DNA of 59,079 nucleotides, filler included, from Sphacelaria rigidula (Eukaryota), in NCBI GenBank assembly GCA_964200075.2. It is 7 parts of 7 records of this genome, joined end to end, with 100 filler letters (N's around TTAATTAATTAA, not from the genome) between each part and the next. Parts side by side here need not be neighbours in the genome. Positions count along the whole stretch, not along the records: positions 1 to 8,355 come from CAXNAA020011414.1; positions 8,456 to 16,809 come from CAXNAA020011415.1; 5 more parts are not named here. The stretch is one strand, 5' to 3'. The notes under the pieces are model-generated. The model was not told the origin of the DNA. It searched no databases and saw only the letters and a list, made by a program, of their open reading frames with translations. Positions within the stretch are counted from its first letter, which is position 1, and the number at the start of each line of letters is the position of its first letter. A program made the translations under genes and the position numbers. This document shows positions 1-12,469 of the stretch, one piece after another.

Positions 1-210
1 AATCGGACAGCGACGCAGTCTTTGTCATCAAGTGGGTCTGCAGTTCACACTGATATGCTTACATCGGGTTCATTCGGGAAACTGGGAAAGCTGTGGTGTG
101 AGCAAATTTTAGCCGCTTTTAAGCTGGCCCAGCTCGTAGTTATCTTTTAGAGCGTAAAACGGCGTAAAAACTCGAAAAACACTTTTCCAGATTTTTTATC
201 CTGCGTAAGA

Positions 211-685
211 CCGCTCCCTATTATAACAGACAAAAATTATAACCTGGAAAAGTGCCTTTTTGGAGCTTTTACGTCGTTTTACGCCCCAAAAAAGAGCTAG
301 GCGGAGTTTGACACCTTGGAATGACTTGCTCTGGTAGCTGAGGCGGTTCCAGGACATCTTCCCATTTTCCGGTGGCCGCAGTTTTTATTTTGGCCAAACA
401 AGGATTTTTGTCGAAGAACGGTAAAAAACAGTAAAATCTAGGAAAAATCGCCACTTTTCTCTGGACTTCGTTTTTTACCGTTCTTGAACAAAAAAAATTG
501 TTTGATCAAAATGACAATTGCGGCCACCGGAAAACGGGAAGATGTCCTAGAATCGCCTCAACTACTAGAGCAAGTCATTCCAAGGTGTCAAACTCCGCCT
601 AGCTCTCTTTTTGGGCGTAAAACGACGTGAAAGCTCCAAAAAGGCACTTCTCCAGATTTATGTTTTTGTCTGTTACAAGGAGCGG
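211..685. mobile_element. Foldback/MITE-like element with ~165-bp inverted arms (211-380 / 519-685)
   Basis: Arms are reverse complements, e.g. aaagagctaggcggagtttgacaccttggaatgacttgctct vs agagcaagtcattccaaggtgtcaaactccgcctagctctcttt; no coding capacity. Confidence 0.75.
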
Positions 686-1020
686 CCTGAATATATATTA
701 AGGAGCTGCCGAACTCATGAAAAAAAAACTCGTTCCAAGATACATGTTTTTGTTTTATGGCTTGCTGATTCTCCATACCAAATAAGAAAGTCCACATCTC
801 AAAATTGAGTTGAAAATGGGCTTGCAACCTACACATTCTCCCCTAGGCTGGCCTAGCTCGTACCACGGTATATTTACTGTACCGCATGTGTGCTACGGAC
901 GGTACCGCACGGTACTCTAGAGTACTGCACTACACGGGACTGCGCTGACGTGTACGTACTGTTACCGTTTTTTACGTTTTTTACGTTTTTATGGTGTGCT
1001 GCATTGTATCACATCATATG

Positions 1021-1060
1021 CTGTGCTATGCTGTGCTATGCTGTGCTATGCTGTGCTTTG
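1021..1060 (+). repeat. Short tandem repeat (CTGTGCTATG)x3-4
   Basis: Visible tandem 10-mer. Confidence 0.9.
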
Positions 1061-1183
1061 TGCTGCACCGTGTCCAGGAAGATACTACTACACGCGGACT
1101 CCACATTTTTGATCCCCAATTTTTTTGTGATAATATATAGAAGAACAAAAAATCTCACGTGAATATTAGCAGTGGCATCATGT

Positions 1184-1256
1184 GCTCGCAGAGCTCCGCT
1201 GGTAGAGCGCGGCTCTGATAAAGCCGAGGTCCCGGGTTCGAACCCCGGTGTGAGTA
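1184..1256 (+). tRNA. tRNA-Ile with GAT anticodon, atypical (G8, C14, G1-U72); possibly a pseudogene of tRNA-Ile(TAT)
   Basis: 73-nt cloverleaf: acceptor GCTCGCA/TGTGAGT, D stem GCTC/GAGC, anticodon stem CGGCT/AGCCG with loop CT-GAT-AA, T arm CCGGG-TTCGAAC-CCCGG, discriminator A; T-run (Pol III terminator-like) at ~1260-1266. Confidence 0.8.
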
Positions 1257-3788
1257 TTATTTTTTTATCCGATCCGTGGACATGTACTTTGTACAGTACT
1301 GAGTTTGTTGAGCTGATAGACGACTTCTCCTTCTTCGTCTTCTTCTTATGTTCGTCACATTAGCTCCATCTCTCGAACCCGTGGTCACAGGGTGCAAGAA
1401 GCATACCACCCATACCGATAAATCAAACAGCCCGCAGCGGAAGGCAAGAAACAAGACATCTACACGACAAGGCGACTGAAGATAATGAATACAGAGCAAT
1501 GCTCGTACGGCAGGGTTGCACTTTTTGCGCGAAATATTGTCTGGTTCAGGGGCTCCTGAAGATTCTACATGCACAAGAGTATGGGTCAGGGCACCCCTGT
1601 TTGCAATTTTATTCGGGACACCGTACGGTAGCACATTGTAATAGTTTTCCTGGCGTACTCACACATATTTCATAAGTCGTGTTTTGGATGAGATACCTGT
1701 ACAGAGCTCCTAATAATTCCCATCTCAGAAAATATTTGTGCACCCCTACCGTAGCATCCCTCTTCACCGTTTAAGTTTTTTCTAGTTTTTTACTGTTGTC
1801 TGGGTGCACTTATGGACACCGCTCGTACCTGTAGAAGGCGCAGACCACTATACTACCCGTGACTTCTGAGAACCTCATCAGTCTTTTCGCGTTGGTAGCA
1901 CCGGCGATGTAAAACTCTCAATAACTGCTGTAGTAGCGACCCGCACGGCTCCACCGTCGAATCCCGTCCGTGTCACATCACCAAAGGAAAAACGAGCAGA
2001 GGTAAAAAAAAGGTATGGGAGCTTCTCGTTTTGCGGTCAGTGTAGGGTATAGTCGTCAGCGAAGTTAGGTGTGTTTCGAATCAAGCCAATATAGTATTAT
2101 ACTACACTTCGTATATATAGAATATTTCGAACTCACGAGCGTGAAGCATGCTTTGTAACGAGGCGTCCATGAGATTTATTGCTGATTTTAGTGTGCAAGT
2201 TCCTCCGCACCCGCCCCCGGAGATAACTATTCGGACCATCGTCCATTGCTGGGGGCCCGGTTAGCGGATGCGTGCTTCACTTGGTGCAGGGGAACACATG
2301 CGTTCACAACCGTTCGAACAGACGCGCGATCGCGGTGGTCCTGCAATGTTTCCGGCGGGCATGAACATTTCAAGAGAGGATCTATTCTCACGAGGGCTTG
2401 GCAAGGCAAGAATACCGAGACCCTCGAAAAAGACGGATGGGACCGGGGTGGCTTGTATATTGTATAAATATGATGCATGTTGGTCGACAAGCGGGCATAG
2501 ACCGATGATAACAAAAAAGGTATACAGAAGTGACCAGAACCGGCGGAATATGCCGGTATTTTTCTTGACGCCAAATGTGAGCAACAGCGAGTTAGAGTTG
2601 CTACGTTACCATATGGAGCCAGTTTCGGGTACAGGACAGCTCTGGGGGAAGACCCGACCCGTACTCCAGCAGCCGTGCTTGGCACCACCGTCCGCTTGTT
2701 TTCTTCCGTGTTTCCTGCACCACGATACACGGGTAGAAAGGAAGTAACGTTACATGTTTTTGGCAAAAATATTGGAAATCGGGTCCAAGCGGCATGTTTT
2801 TTCGAGCGTCGGAAAATAAATTCGCTGGACACTGTACTCTCAAGTCACCTCTCACTGCCCAAAAGTTCCACGGTTAGGACGAGTCGTCACGACTACGAAT
2901 CACCAAATCGACGATTTCTTCGGCCTGATTGCCTGCCCAAAAGGGAGAAAAAAGTTGACCGCTGGTCCAAGGGGTATCCACGCAACGTCTGTGCCATTTT
3001 CACGTGTCTTGGCTGCGTGTACCTGGGTTGCAACGCTGAGAACAGAGCCTAGGGGTTGACTCGTACGAGTCGAACCAATTATACTAAAACCAACTAATTT
3101 CCAGACGAATCATTATTTTTCGGACCCTTGGAAAGTTCGCCCCCCGCAAACGCCCCCCGAAAATTAAGCGGGGAATGAGTCGCAAAAATGGTGGTGGTGG
3201 GGGGGGTAAGCAGCGCTCAGGCATTCACGGACTGAACGCAGTAACCTAGCCTCTTCTGGGGTTACTGTTAGACTGGGAACCTCCCATCATGCAAAAAAAA
3301 TAGGCATACGAGAAATTGTGCCAATTATTGTCACCAATACAGAGAAGCCGGCCTCTATCCAAGCGCTTGTATTGGTACAAAACGCCAAGTAAAGATAAGG
3401 AAAATTCTCACACATGGGCAAGGATATATGGGGGAGAGTACTGGCATCGAAACTCTCCTACAGAACGAGGTCAATTGCCCGCAAGTTTTCCTACTATGGA
3501 GGAACGGACGCAATCTTTCGGTTACGGTATCGATTTCAATGATATGATTCATTTTTCGGTTACGATAACGATTTCAATATATTTTTTATTAACATGTTAC
3601 CCTTCATGATTGTGATTACAATTAATTATCGTGATACTTTTTCCTTGCTTTTCATATGATCACATTTTTTTCCCCCTCATCATTGTTGTTATTATTATTG
3701 GTGTAATTTTGAAATTATTGTCATTGAGCACCATCATTTGTACTCCGGATTGTTTAATATTTTATTTTGATACTATTACTTTGTTTAA

Positions 3789-3805
3789 TTCTTCTTCTTC
3801 TTCTT

Positions 3806-3834
<29 letters not shown>
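3789..3834 (+). repeat. (CTT)n microsatellite
   Basis: Visible. Confidence 0.95.
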
Positions 3835-3836
<2 letters not shown>

Positions 3837-3839
3837 ATG

Positions 3840-4049
3840 GAGGTATCTCAAACTCGGCTCCCGGTATCCTGGTTTGTTTTGTTCTATTTTTTCAAGTGAA
3901 AGTGATACCGGTTCATTATATGATGAGACCGTTTGACTGCCACGCCAGGTCCTCTGATGAATCGCGATCACTTTCACTTGAAAAAAACAGTACACAACTC
4001 AGAGCCGGCGAATAAACCAGGATACCGGGAGCCGAGGTTGAGATACCTC
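3840..4049. mobile_element. 210-bp MITE with 36-bp TIRs and 5-bp TSD (TAATG)
   Basis: Left gaggtatctcaaactcggctcccggtatcctggttt vs reverse complement of right end gaggtatctcaacctcggctcccggtatcctggttt (1 mismatch); TAATG at 3835-3839 and 4050-4054. Confidence 0.9.
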
Positions 4050-5009
4050 TAATGTGTCATTCTTTTTCTGGTGTCAAATTTTCGATTGATTTCTGCATGT
4101 GCGGTTTCCAGTCTGTTTTCATACTCGAGTGGAATAGTTTTGTACGAACCACCTGTCTGCCCTGTATACTGTGTCCCCCCAATATAAATCATATTCGTTA
4201 ACCACGGTTATTTCTGCATTCATTCCAAGAATCATGAGTCACTCGCTGAGTTGCTCTGGAATTAGAATTTTTTGGGCGTGCCCTAATACATGTAGTATCA
4301 ATGACTCAGACCCGCCCGTACCTTCAGTTGTTTCACCTAACGGGTGATGGCAGGTCGTGAGTATTGATAGTGTAGTCAAACAAACCGGCGTCCAAATCCC
4401 CTCCCCGCCTCCCACCCCCCTCCCCCCAAGTGATTGGAACCGGTTGGCATTGGCGCTGTACAGTAGTGGGCGGTCTAACTATAGAGGGGTGTTCTGGGGT
4501 TTTCCTCGCGCACTTCTCTTCGATAGAGGTCGAAATTGCCAGCGTCGGTAGATTTTGGTACAACAGAACAGATCATCCTCAAAACACAGTGCCCAAGTTA
4601 GTGTTGGTTGGTGTTAATGGGCGAAACGAGTAAATACCCCGTTCGTCATCGGGAGGGTGTTATTGACCGTGAAACACGTTTTTTTTGGCTCTAGTGCAAT
4701 GAGTAGGCAGAATTTCCAAAAAAATAAAACTGTACATTTATTTCCAAATATATTCGGGACGGGTTCGATCGACCGAAAATACAGAAGAACAAGAGTCTGG
4801 GCTGAAACGTGGCAGGAACCTCGATGACCGATCAGCCCGTAAGTCACTTGATATTGAGTACAGACGATTTGTTCTTCTTTAAATGTGGAGCGGATACAAA
4901 TATCTTCAGACCCCCGACGTGATAAGCGGTGGCAAGCAAAAAGAGCCCAGAAAATCGCCTAGTACGAAAAAATGACAATGCCCCGAAATTAATTGTTAGA
5001 CCGCCCACT

Positions 5010-5495
5010 GCTGTAAATCACACAACTCACTGCGTAAGCTAGGCAACCAGGTAACCATATTTTTCTCGCGCTTACATTTTGTTTTGCGGTGAACATAATG
5101 GTGGCCAAGCGAGATCATATTGTGCGGGGTGGGGGAACCTCAGTTCCACGCAAAAGGGATGATCATACTACCTACTGTAGTGTAAAATGGTGATACGTCT
5201 ATGAGGCAGCGTGGAACCCGTGGCGGTCGCTGGAAGTGGCGATACCAGAAAATGAAGCAACTCAGTGTAGGCTGGCATCCAAATGCAACAGAATCACTAC
5301 GCTTCGAGACGAAAAATCGTAGCAGGATGGGACTTACCCTTCACGTGACTCGCCGGACACATCACGGCGCTTCGCGCTTGGTGATTGATTGCGAGCCTGG
5401 TCCGGCGAAAGCCCGGCGTGCTCCGTCCTGACATTCATAGGGATGCGAGGTCAATGGTAATCTGATAACGGCATGCAAGATCATGAGTACACCCC
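5010..5495 (-). mobile_element. Dispersed repeat family A (SINE-like body), long copy
   Basis: Reverse complement aligns by eye with 12470-12920; further copies at 6620-6775, 7597-7850, 27370-27585, 33818-33888, 50727-50890, 58920-59079. Confidence 0.8.
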
Positions 5496-5604
5496 CCCCC
5501 CTCCCCCTCCGTCACCCCACTTACTGATTACGGCGTGGAAGATCAGGAGTGCACCCCTCACCTCGCCGCCGCCCAAAAATAAACAACCGAACATGCAATC
5601 GTAG

Positions 5605-5767
5605 GTATGGCCTACCAAGCACGCACACGATGGGCTCGCTCATCCCTCTATTTCTTGCCGCATGCCATTGGCACCGGAGGGTTTCATCGACGGGCATCCC
5701 CGACGGCGTTCTGCTGCTCTGTTTGGTCTGGAGCGGTGTGATCGCGACCAGTCGCTTGTACATGGGA
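5605..5767 (+). CDS. Internal exon of a PAP2-family lipid phosphate phosphatase (sphingosine-1-phosphate phosphatase-like)
   Basis: cgtag|G TAT... to ...ATG GGA|gtaagt; encodes YGLPSTHTMG...VIATSRLYMG, matching PAP2 motifs C2 (PSxH) and C3 (SRxYxGxH) with hydrophobic helices; other exons not identified. Confidence 0.85.
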
Positions 5768-6789
5768 GTAAGTGTTTTTTTTTTTTTGTCGTTTTTGTGT
5801 TACTTCCCTTTTTTTAATGTGTGTGATTAATGATTTTATTAGTGTGTGTGTTTTTTTTTCTGTCTTGTGCTCCGATTTTTTTTCCCGACTTTCTCTCGTC
5901 ACTTTTGTTTCCCCCTAATGAAAATCGCAAAGCGCTGTATATTTCGGCTCTTTAGGAGCATTTTCCTCGATCTCTCATATATATACTGTATATGGGTGTT
6001 TGCGCATGTCAACCAACTGCGATGGACGTTAATAGAGTGTAAAGTACAGTATATACTGCACGGCCTGTTTTTTGTCGAAGAAATGTGGCGGGCGGTACAA
6101 TGAGTAGGATGCATCTTGTGATAGTTTTCGAAGTCTTCCCGCCCATTTCCCCAACATTTTCAATCTGTGCACTTACTGTTGGCGCTATTCGAGTTTTTCG
6201 TTTTTTTGTCTTGTGTTTTTGGCTGTCCACGTGGCAGCGGCGGGGGAGAAAAGGTGGGGGATAATTGGGAAACACACCCACATTTTTCAAACGAGGGGGG
6301 TTGCCATTTTTCGTGGGCCCTTTTTTTTTATTATCGCAACTTCCCGTTGTCACTGAACAGTCTGAGCGGCCATGCCACCTATTCCGAGTACTGGTGCTTG
6401 GTGGTCCCACCCTACAAAATCAATGAGGCTGGAGAATGATGCATTGCACACGCGTGAGCGATGAACACCAGATGAACACGGGCGCCGACGGAAGTTTACA
6501 TCGAGATCAACCAACTTAAATTCAGCGACTATGACTGATCAACCAACTTCCCCCCCCTCCCCCGTTCCCTTTGTTCAAGGGTTGGGATCGGTTGGCGACG
6601 ACGCTGTGAGACGTGTCAGTCACTGCGCAAACTACGCAACCAGTTTACCGTTTTTTCCCTACCTTTGCGTTGTTTTGCGGTAACCATGAAAATGGTCGAG
6701 TTGGATCATATAGTGCGGGGTGGATAATCTCAAATCCGCGCAAAGGGAATCATCGTACCGCGTAGTGTATAAGCCCTAGCTGTCTCTTT

Positions 6790-7570
6790 TTTGATTGATG
6801 GATTGATTGTCGCACTTTAACTGACCCCTCAGGGGTACAGCCGTGGTCTCATGATAGACGTACGTACCCAACAAAAACGAAACTGAAATACGCTCTGAGA
6901 AAAAGAAAGAACAAAAAAAAAAAGGAAGATGGGTCGAACAGAATAACATAGCAGACTGAGTCGTAATAAAAAAAAGGTAATACAAATGTCAACACAAGCA
7001 AAGCACAGAAAGAAATGGCCGACCTAAAACAAGAAAAAAGGAAAAGAAAACGAAAGCACAGAGCAAATAAAATAACATGCAATGAAACGATGAGGGGGGA
7101 AAAAAGAAGAAGGAAAAGGCCCAAGGGGGCAGCAGATTAGATACAGACACACACCAGTGGGTACCGCAGAGCCACCGACTAAAGGACATACATCATCAAC
7201 AACCGATATGAGCAGACAGGATTATCCGATTGGAAGCCCTCGACGCAGCAGCCTCTCGCTTGTGACGGCGGTCTGATTCTCGCTTGTCCGCGCGTCGCCA
7301 CGTGTCCTCAAACTCTTCCGCTCCCTTTTCGATTCCAATATGCCATTTGCCCAGATCCTTCGCCGCCGTGACCCAATCGTTTGCATCGTTAACCTCTACA
7401 CCGTAGACGGACCACTTCCGCCGGGCTCCTTTGTGCGGGACAGCCCCTAGCGCACGTAGGTTCTCCTTTAGGGTATCCTACCATTGCTTGGGGGGACGGC
7501 CGACCTCCTTGGGTCCTCGTGTGGAAAGCCGACCGTTCATGACACGCTTGGGAAGGCGTGTGTCCTTCTA
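6790..7570 (-). mobile_element. 5'-truncated RTE-type LINE remnant (ORF C-terminus, 3' UTR, (CAAT)n tail)
   Basis: Minus frame KDTRLPKRVMNGRLSTRGPKEVGRPPKQW*DTLKENLRALG...DWVTAAKDLGKW, typical of the region after RT in RTE LINEs, with an in-frame stop; 3' UTR and tail recur at 45060-45270. Confidence 0.8.
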
Positions 7571-7596
7571 GAAGGAGCGATAACAGAACGTGAAGC

Positions 7597-7850
7597 AACT
7601 CATTCGAGGTTGTCATCCATGTGCAAGATAGTCAGTACGCTTCGGGCCGAACAATCTTAGCAGGATGCGGCTCACCCTCCATGTGCAGAGTGCAAGTCAC
7701 CCCTCTTGCAACTCGCCAAACGCATCACGGCTCTTCGCGCTTGATGAGTGAATGTGAGCCTAGTCCGACGAAAACCCGGCGTGCTTCGTCCCGGCATTTG
7801 TAGGGATGCGGGGTCAAAAGTCCAATGACTACGGCATGTTAAATCATGAA
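7597..7850 (-). mobile_element. Repeat family A copy
   Basis: Homologous to 12480-12690 (reverse complement). Confidence 0.75.
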
Positions 7851-8298
7851 TGCCCCACCGTTCACCAAATAAAAAGAGAAATGAACCGTCCAACTGAACG
7901 GGCTGACCTTCCCTTTGTGATGACGGGATATATTTGACTTCTTTGACTTGGTAAGGTATTTGTTGCACGAACCGAAACTTTTTTTTTTTTGTCGGAAATA
8001 ATCCACATTCGACCACCCAAACTGAAATCGGTATGCTCGAAAAGTCGCCGACGTCCGCTGCGCTGTGATTCCTTTGGAAGAAAAGTGTGTAGAAGGTGAG
8101 TAGAGCAAGAAGTCATTCCGTCTCCAGGTCGTGGCGCTTTTCTAGCTAGTTTTCCTTTGCTGGCAGAAAAAAAAAAATGAGAAAATGAGCCATAGAGATA
8201 TGTTCATTTTCGGACGCGATTTTTGCTTTCAAACATGAGGGGTGATCTTAGTAGCACGCAATTTTGTTGCTGTGCTTCGCGCATCTCTGCAGAGGATT

Positions 8299-8303
<5 letters not shown>

Positions 8304-8355
<52 letters not shown>
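8304..8355 (+). repeat. (TAT)n microsatellite at contig end
   Basis: Visible. Confidence 0.95.
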
Positions 8356-8455
8356 NNNNNNNNNNNNNNNNNNNNNNNNNNNNNNNNNNNNNNNNNNNNT
8401 TAATTAATTAANNNNNNNNNNNNNNNNNNNNNNNNNNNNNNNNNNNNNNNNNNNN
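8356..8455. other. Artificial 100-bp contig linker N44-TTAATTAATTAA-N44
   Basis: Six-frame-stop spacer; identical linkers recur every 8454 bp. Confidence 0.97.
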
Positions 8456-11217
8456 CGGTGAATTGCGCTGAAAAAGTATCTACGCAATCGAGGGGCATAA
8501 CGCCGACGAAAACGTCATTGAGCACCATCACTGAAAGTGTGGGGAAAGCTCTGTCTTGGGCTTGAACCTCATCTCGGGGTTAAACCTCAATTCGCACAAT
8601 TTGTTGTTAAAAGGTAAGCGGTTTCTGGAGGCGAAATGTCCGTTTCGCATGTCCGTATCTCTCGAGTAACGTGTTTTTTATCCGTCTTTTTCGAGTCCCG
8701 GGTGCCAATGGCCCCCGCGAACGATGTGCGTGAAAAATCCGGAACGAAAACGGTCAAAATGGCGTGTTTGGTTGTTTTCGCGTTTCTGGCCATTTTTGTA
8801 CCTTTCCAAGGCAAAAAACGAGAAAGTGTACATTTTCTAGGCCATTGCCCTATTTTATAGCACTACCACAATCGTTGATTGCATCATCGTGCTGATGCAA
8901 ACTCTCTGTAAGGTGTTCTTCACGCAGCTTACGGCGATAGCGTTCGTATTGCTGCAGTTTTCCCCGCAGAGATTCTCCCTGTGGCACAGCACCCAAGCGA
9001 GTGAGGCGTGGGCCGGCCGCGGACGGGATGGGCGAGCCGGGCAATATGTGAGGGTTTCGACAAATAAATAAGGATGTTCTTTTCGTCGTTGTAGGGTCTA
9101 GAATCCCTGTGAGGAAGCGTCCTGTCACGAAGTCAGCCAACGACGCAGTACTCGCTGCAAATGCTGGAGTGAAGTCGTGGTTGGCTACTTGCCCTGTGCC
9201 CCAATTGCCCACTGCTCCGCAGGGGGGATGATGCAGGATGGGAGCAGGGTACTGGTGGCAGCAAGCACGAAGATCACAGTAAACCGCAACAGCTGTCGGA
9301 AAGCATCATCGAGGTAATCGCGGTGTTGCTGAAGGTGGTGGTAAATTGCCCCCGCCCGCTCCCAACGCTTAGTATCTCTATCCCCGACGGGTCGTAGGGT
9401 AGGGGTGCACTTTTTAGTCCAAACGTTTCCCGAGACTGCGCACTAAGGTCCAGATATGTGCCATCGGGAGGCTCCGACAATGCAGAGCTTCAGAAGAAAA
9501 ATGTACACCCCTACCGTGGAACCACTCCCTCCGTCCATGGCACTGAAGCGTATTGGGCACAGCCATTGTTGGTTGTGTTGCAAGCAAACGAAAGAATCAG
9601 TGTCCACGAACCACATTTTTGTCAAATCACCGACATGCCGTCCTAATTTCTTGCTATATCACACAGCTACTTCACGTCTGCACGGTCATCCAAGTGGTTC
9701 TCAATAACCACGACGCGCAGGACGGGTGAGAAGAAGAGCACCAAAAAGCCGACGATCGCAGCAGGAATCAAGCAAAAGAAACGGCAGCATGTACAGTAGC
9801 TACATCGACATGCTTATGCCCTTCCCTGGTCATAGCACCAGAGTGATAGCGGTGATCGCCCTCGGCAGTCGTACTGAATGTTTCGGGCGGAGTTGCTGTA
9901 CATGTGATAACAGCCCCACTAGCATGTCGGCAGCGTGGAATATGCATTAGAGTCTGCAGTCATGTGGCTATATTGATGTTTGGGTGAAATGGCTAAACTT
10001 GTGATAATATAGCACCACTAGGATGTCGGGCAACGTGGAAGTACAGTGAGGTGGGTATGAACCAGGTGCCAGACTCAAACGCGGTCGCACATGCACGCGA
10101 TCAACAGTCGTTTCTTGGTGCACCCTGTCTCAAACGGGTACAGCAACATAGGATAGACAACATTTTGGGATAGGGTCAGCACACCAGGAACCCCATAAAG
10201 TGTGCCTCCACCAACGTGCATATTCGGAAAGTATGCCGCATGCGGAATACGTGGATGCTGCCCTCTTCCTTGCCGTAGCTTCCTCTTGCCCGTGCTATAC
10301 CGGTTTCGTTAGAAGTACACTACTGTTGAGGGAAAACACTCAACGTTCGCCGCGAAGGGTTTCCACCCATTCATCGTTTCGATCCATGCATCGTTTCGAT
10401 CCATGCATCGGTGGTGCTGTAAAAGTACTATTCGTCGCAGTGCTGGAGGAGTGGAATCCCTGCGGAAAATAAATACCTCTGCTTCCAGCGTTTTGAACGC
10501 AGCAGTACGGCGGAAATTCAGAATTTGAGGATCAAGATTTACATATCTCACCTCGCGTAGTATCTCCTGTCTAATCTTGCGAATTTATTCTCACATTTGT
10601 ATCATATACTAAGTGTTCGTTCCTACTCTACCCTCTACGCTCAAGAATCCCACCCTTCGTCACCATCCATACAACTTACGGTGTAATCTTATATATGCTG
10701 CATTTGAGGACCAGTGACACGTTCTCCATATCAGGTTACCCAAGAGTCGCCAAACCATCGGCACACCCCCAGTGTTTTTCGAATCCAGCCGCAAACAAAG
10801 GAAATGCCAACGTCGACTCGAGAGGCATGAAAGTACACCTACAAGTAAGAGCAAGTCGGCGTCATCAAACCCAGCGTCGACTGAGCACAGTGATCTGGCT
10901 CGTTAGCTCACTCCGCGCCGGCGACCAGTGATGAGCACCCACCCTCCCAACGAATTTTCTACCTTCAAGTCGAAGGTATGTCTGAAAGCATCCAACACGT
11001 CTTGGGCCTGCTCTTCCAGCACGCCTGACAGTGCGAGTCGTCCACCTAGGCACAAGAAAAGGCATACATGACTCAGGCATCAAATACCAAGAAGCACAAC
11101 GATATAAACCCCACTCCAGTCACACTGGGATAGTCGCAATAGTTTCGACGGCATCAAGGCATTGGCGCTTCCAACACCTAGTAACGTCGAGTTCGGTCGA
11201 TGAAAACCACAACTGGG

Positions 11218-11257
<40 letters not shown>
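11218..11257 (+). repeat. (CTA)n microsatellite
   Basis: Visible. Confidence 0.95.
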
Positions 11258-12469
11258 ACACTACTGACACTTTTACCCACCATTACCATCACTGCCAGCA
11301 CCACTAATACTACTCATCACTCGGATATTGCATTTCAGTGGAATTCTCGAACATCAAAGAGCTCAGTTTAACTTACGACACACCAAACACATTACGTCAA
11401 GAAAAAAAGATCGGCCGAGACATGACCATTACTGGGGGAATTCCTCCTCGTAATGTCAACAACCGCTGTCCTATACGGAACGTTGTGATCTTTCAAGAAC
11501 ATCTATGGCGCATTTGAGATTCACTCAATACTGGACACGCTGATCGAAAGCCAACAACTTGAGACTGCGTATAGACATCTATCAGATATGCGTTTTGCTC
11601 GGCATACATGACAAACGTCGTCTCAATACGAATGGTTCTCCAGACATGGGTGAATAATTGAAGAGCATAAAAACGGTTATCAAGAGTTTGGTTGCCTTTT
11701 TTCGGCGACAACGTTACAACAAAACCTCAGACGGCGAAATGTCTTCTTCCATTGGATTAGTTGGAAACGCTTTTGAGTCAGTGTAATCGATCGTACTTGT
11801 AATCAATCCTCACCATATATATGATCCAAACCAAAATATTCCGTTGGTAGAACATCCAATGTTACGACATCTTGTCTACCGAAACCTCGCTTTTGGGCAG
11901 CGTGTGCACTCGATGACTCGATCAATATCAGTGAGGAAATACATCCACACAAGCACATATAGAGGGTTCGATATCAAAGAAGAAACGGGCTCAGCACCTT
12001 CGCAAAAATTACGACCGAAATATCTGGGACAGAGGGAGTGCTACATGTGTTACGGTTCTAGTTGTTTCAGTAGCTCTGCAGATGAGAACTAATCTGTGAA
12101 GTCGTCCAGTGGGCTATTCTCAAGTGCTAGTAAAGAGGACAGTACCCCCGTTCGACACACACGGGCACGAAAGCGACCGGTACTTGAGAAGGCATCAAAA
12201 GTTTCGGGTTCTGGTACATGATTCGAAAAAATGTTCTCCTCAGATGAATCGGTCACTCCGCCCCCCCTCTCGGCGCAAGAGCCGAACAAGTTGGGTGGGG
12301 AAAGTTTCGTCCTGCGTTAACTCAAGGTACAAAACATGACAGCACGGGATATTGGCTCGAAGAACACGAGTGCGTGGAGGGTAATTTATCACAGAGAGTA
12401 TCATTCCCCACCATCACCTGGGGGAGGGGGGGGCGGAGGGGGCTCGTGAACGTGGGGGGAGGGGAGGTT

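Noticed and set aside
3950-3995. Hammerhead ribozyme core (CTGATGA...GAAA) inside the MITE
   Set aside because: No convincing stem II between the motifs and no stems I/III
8400-8411. TTAATTAATTAA recurring at regular spacing as a biological repeat or PacI-like site
   Set aside because: Always embedded in N runs of fixed length; it is an assembly linker
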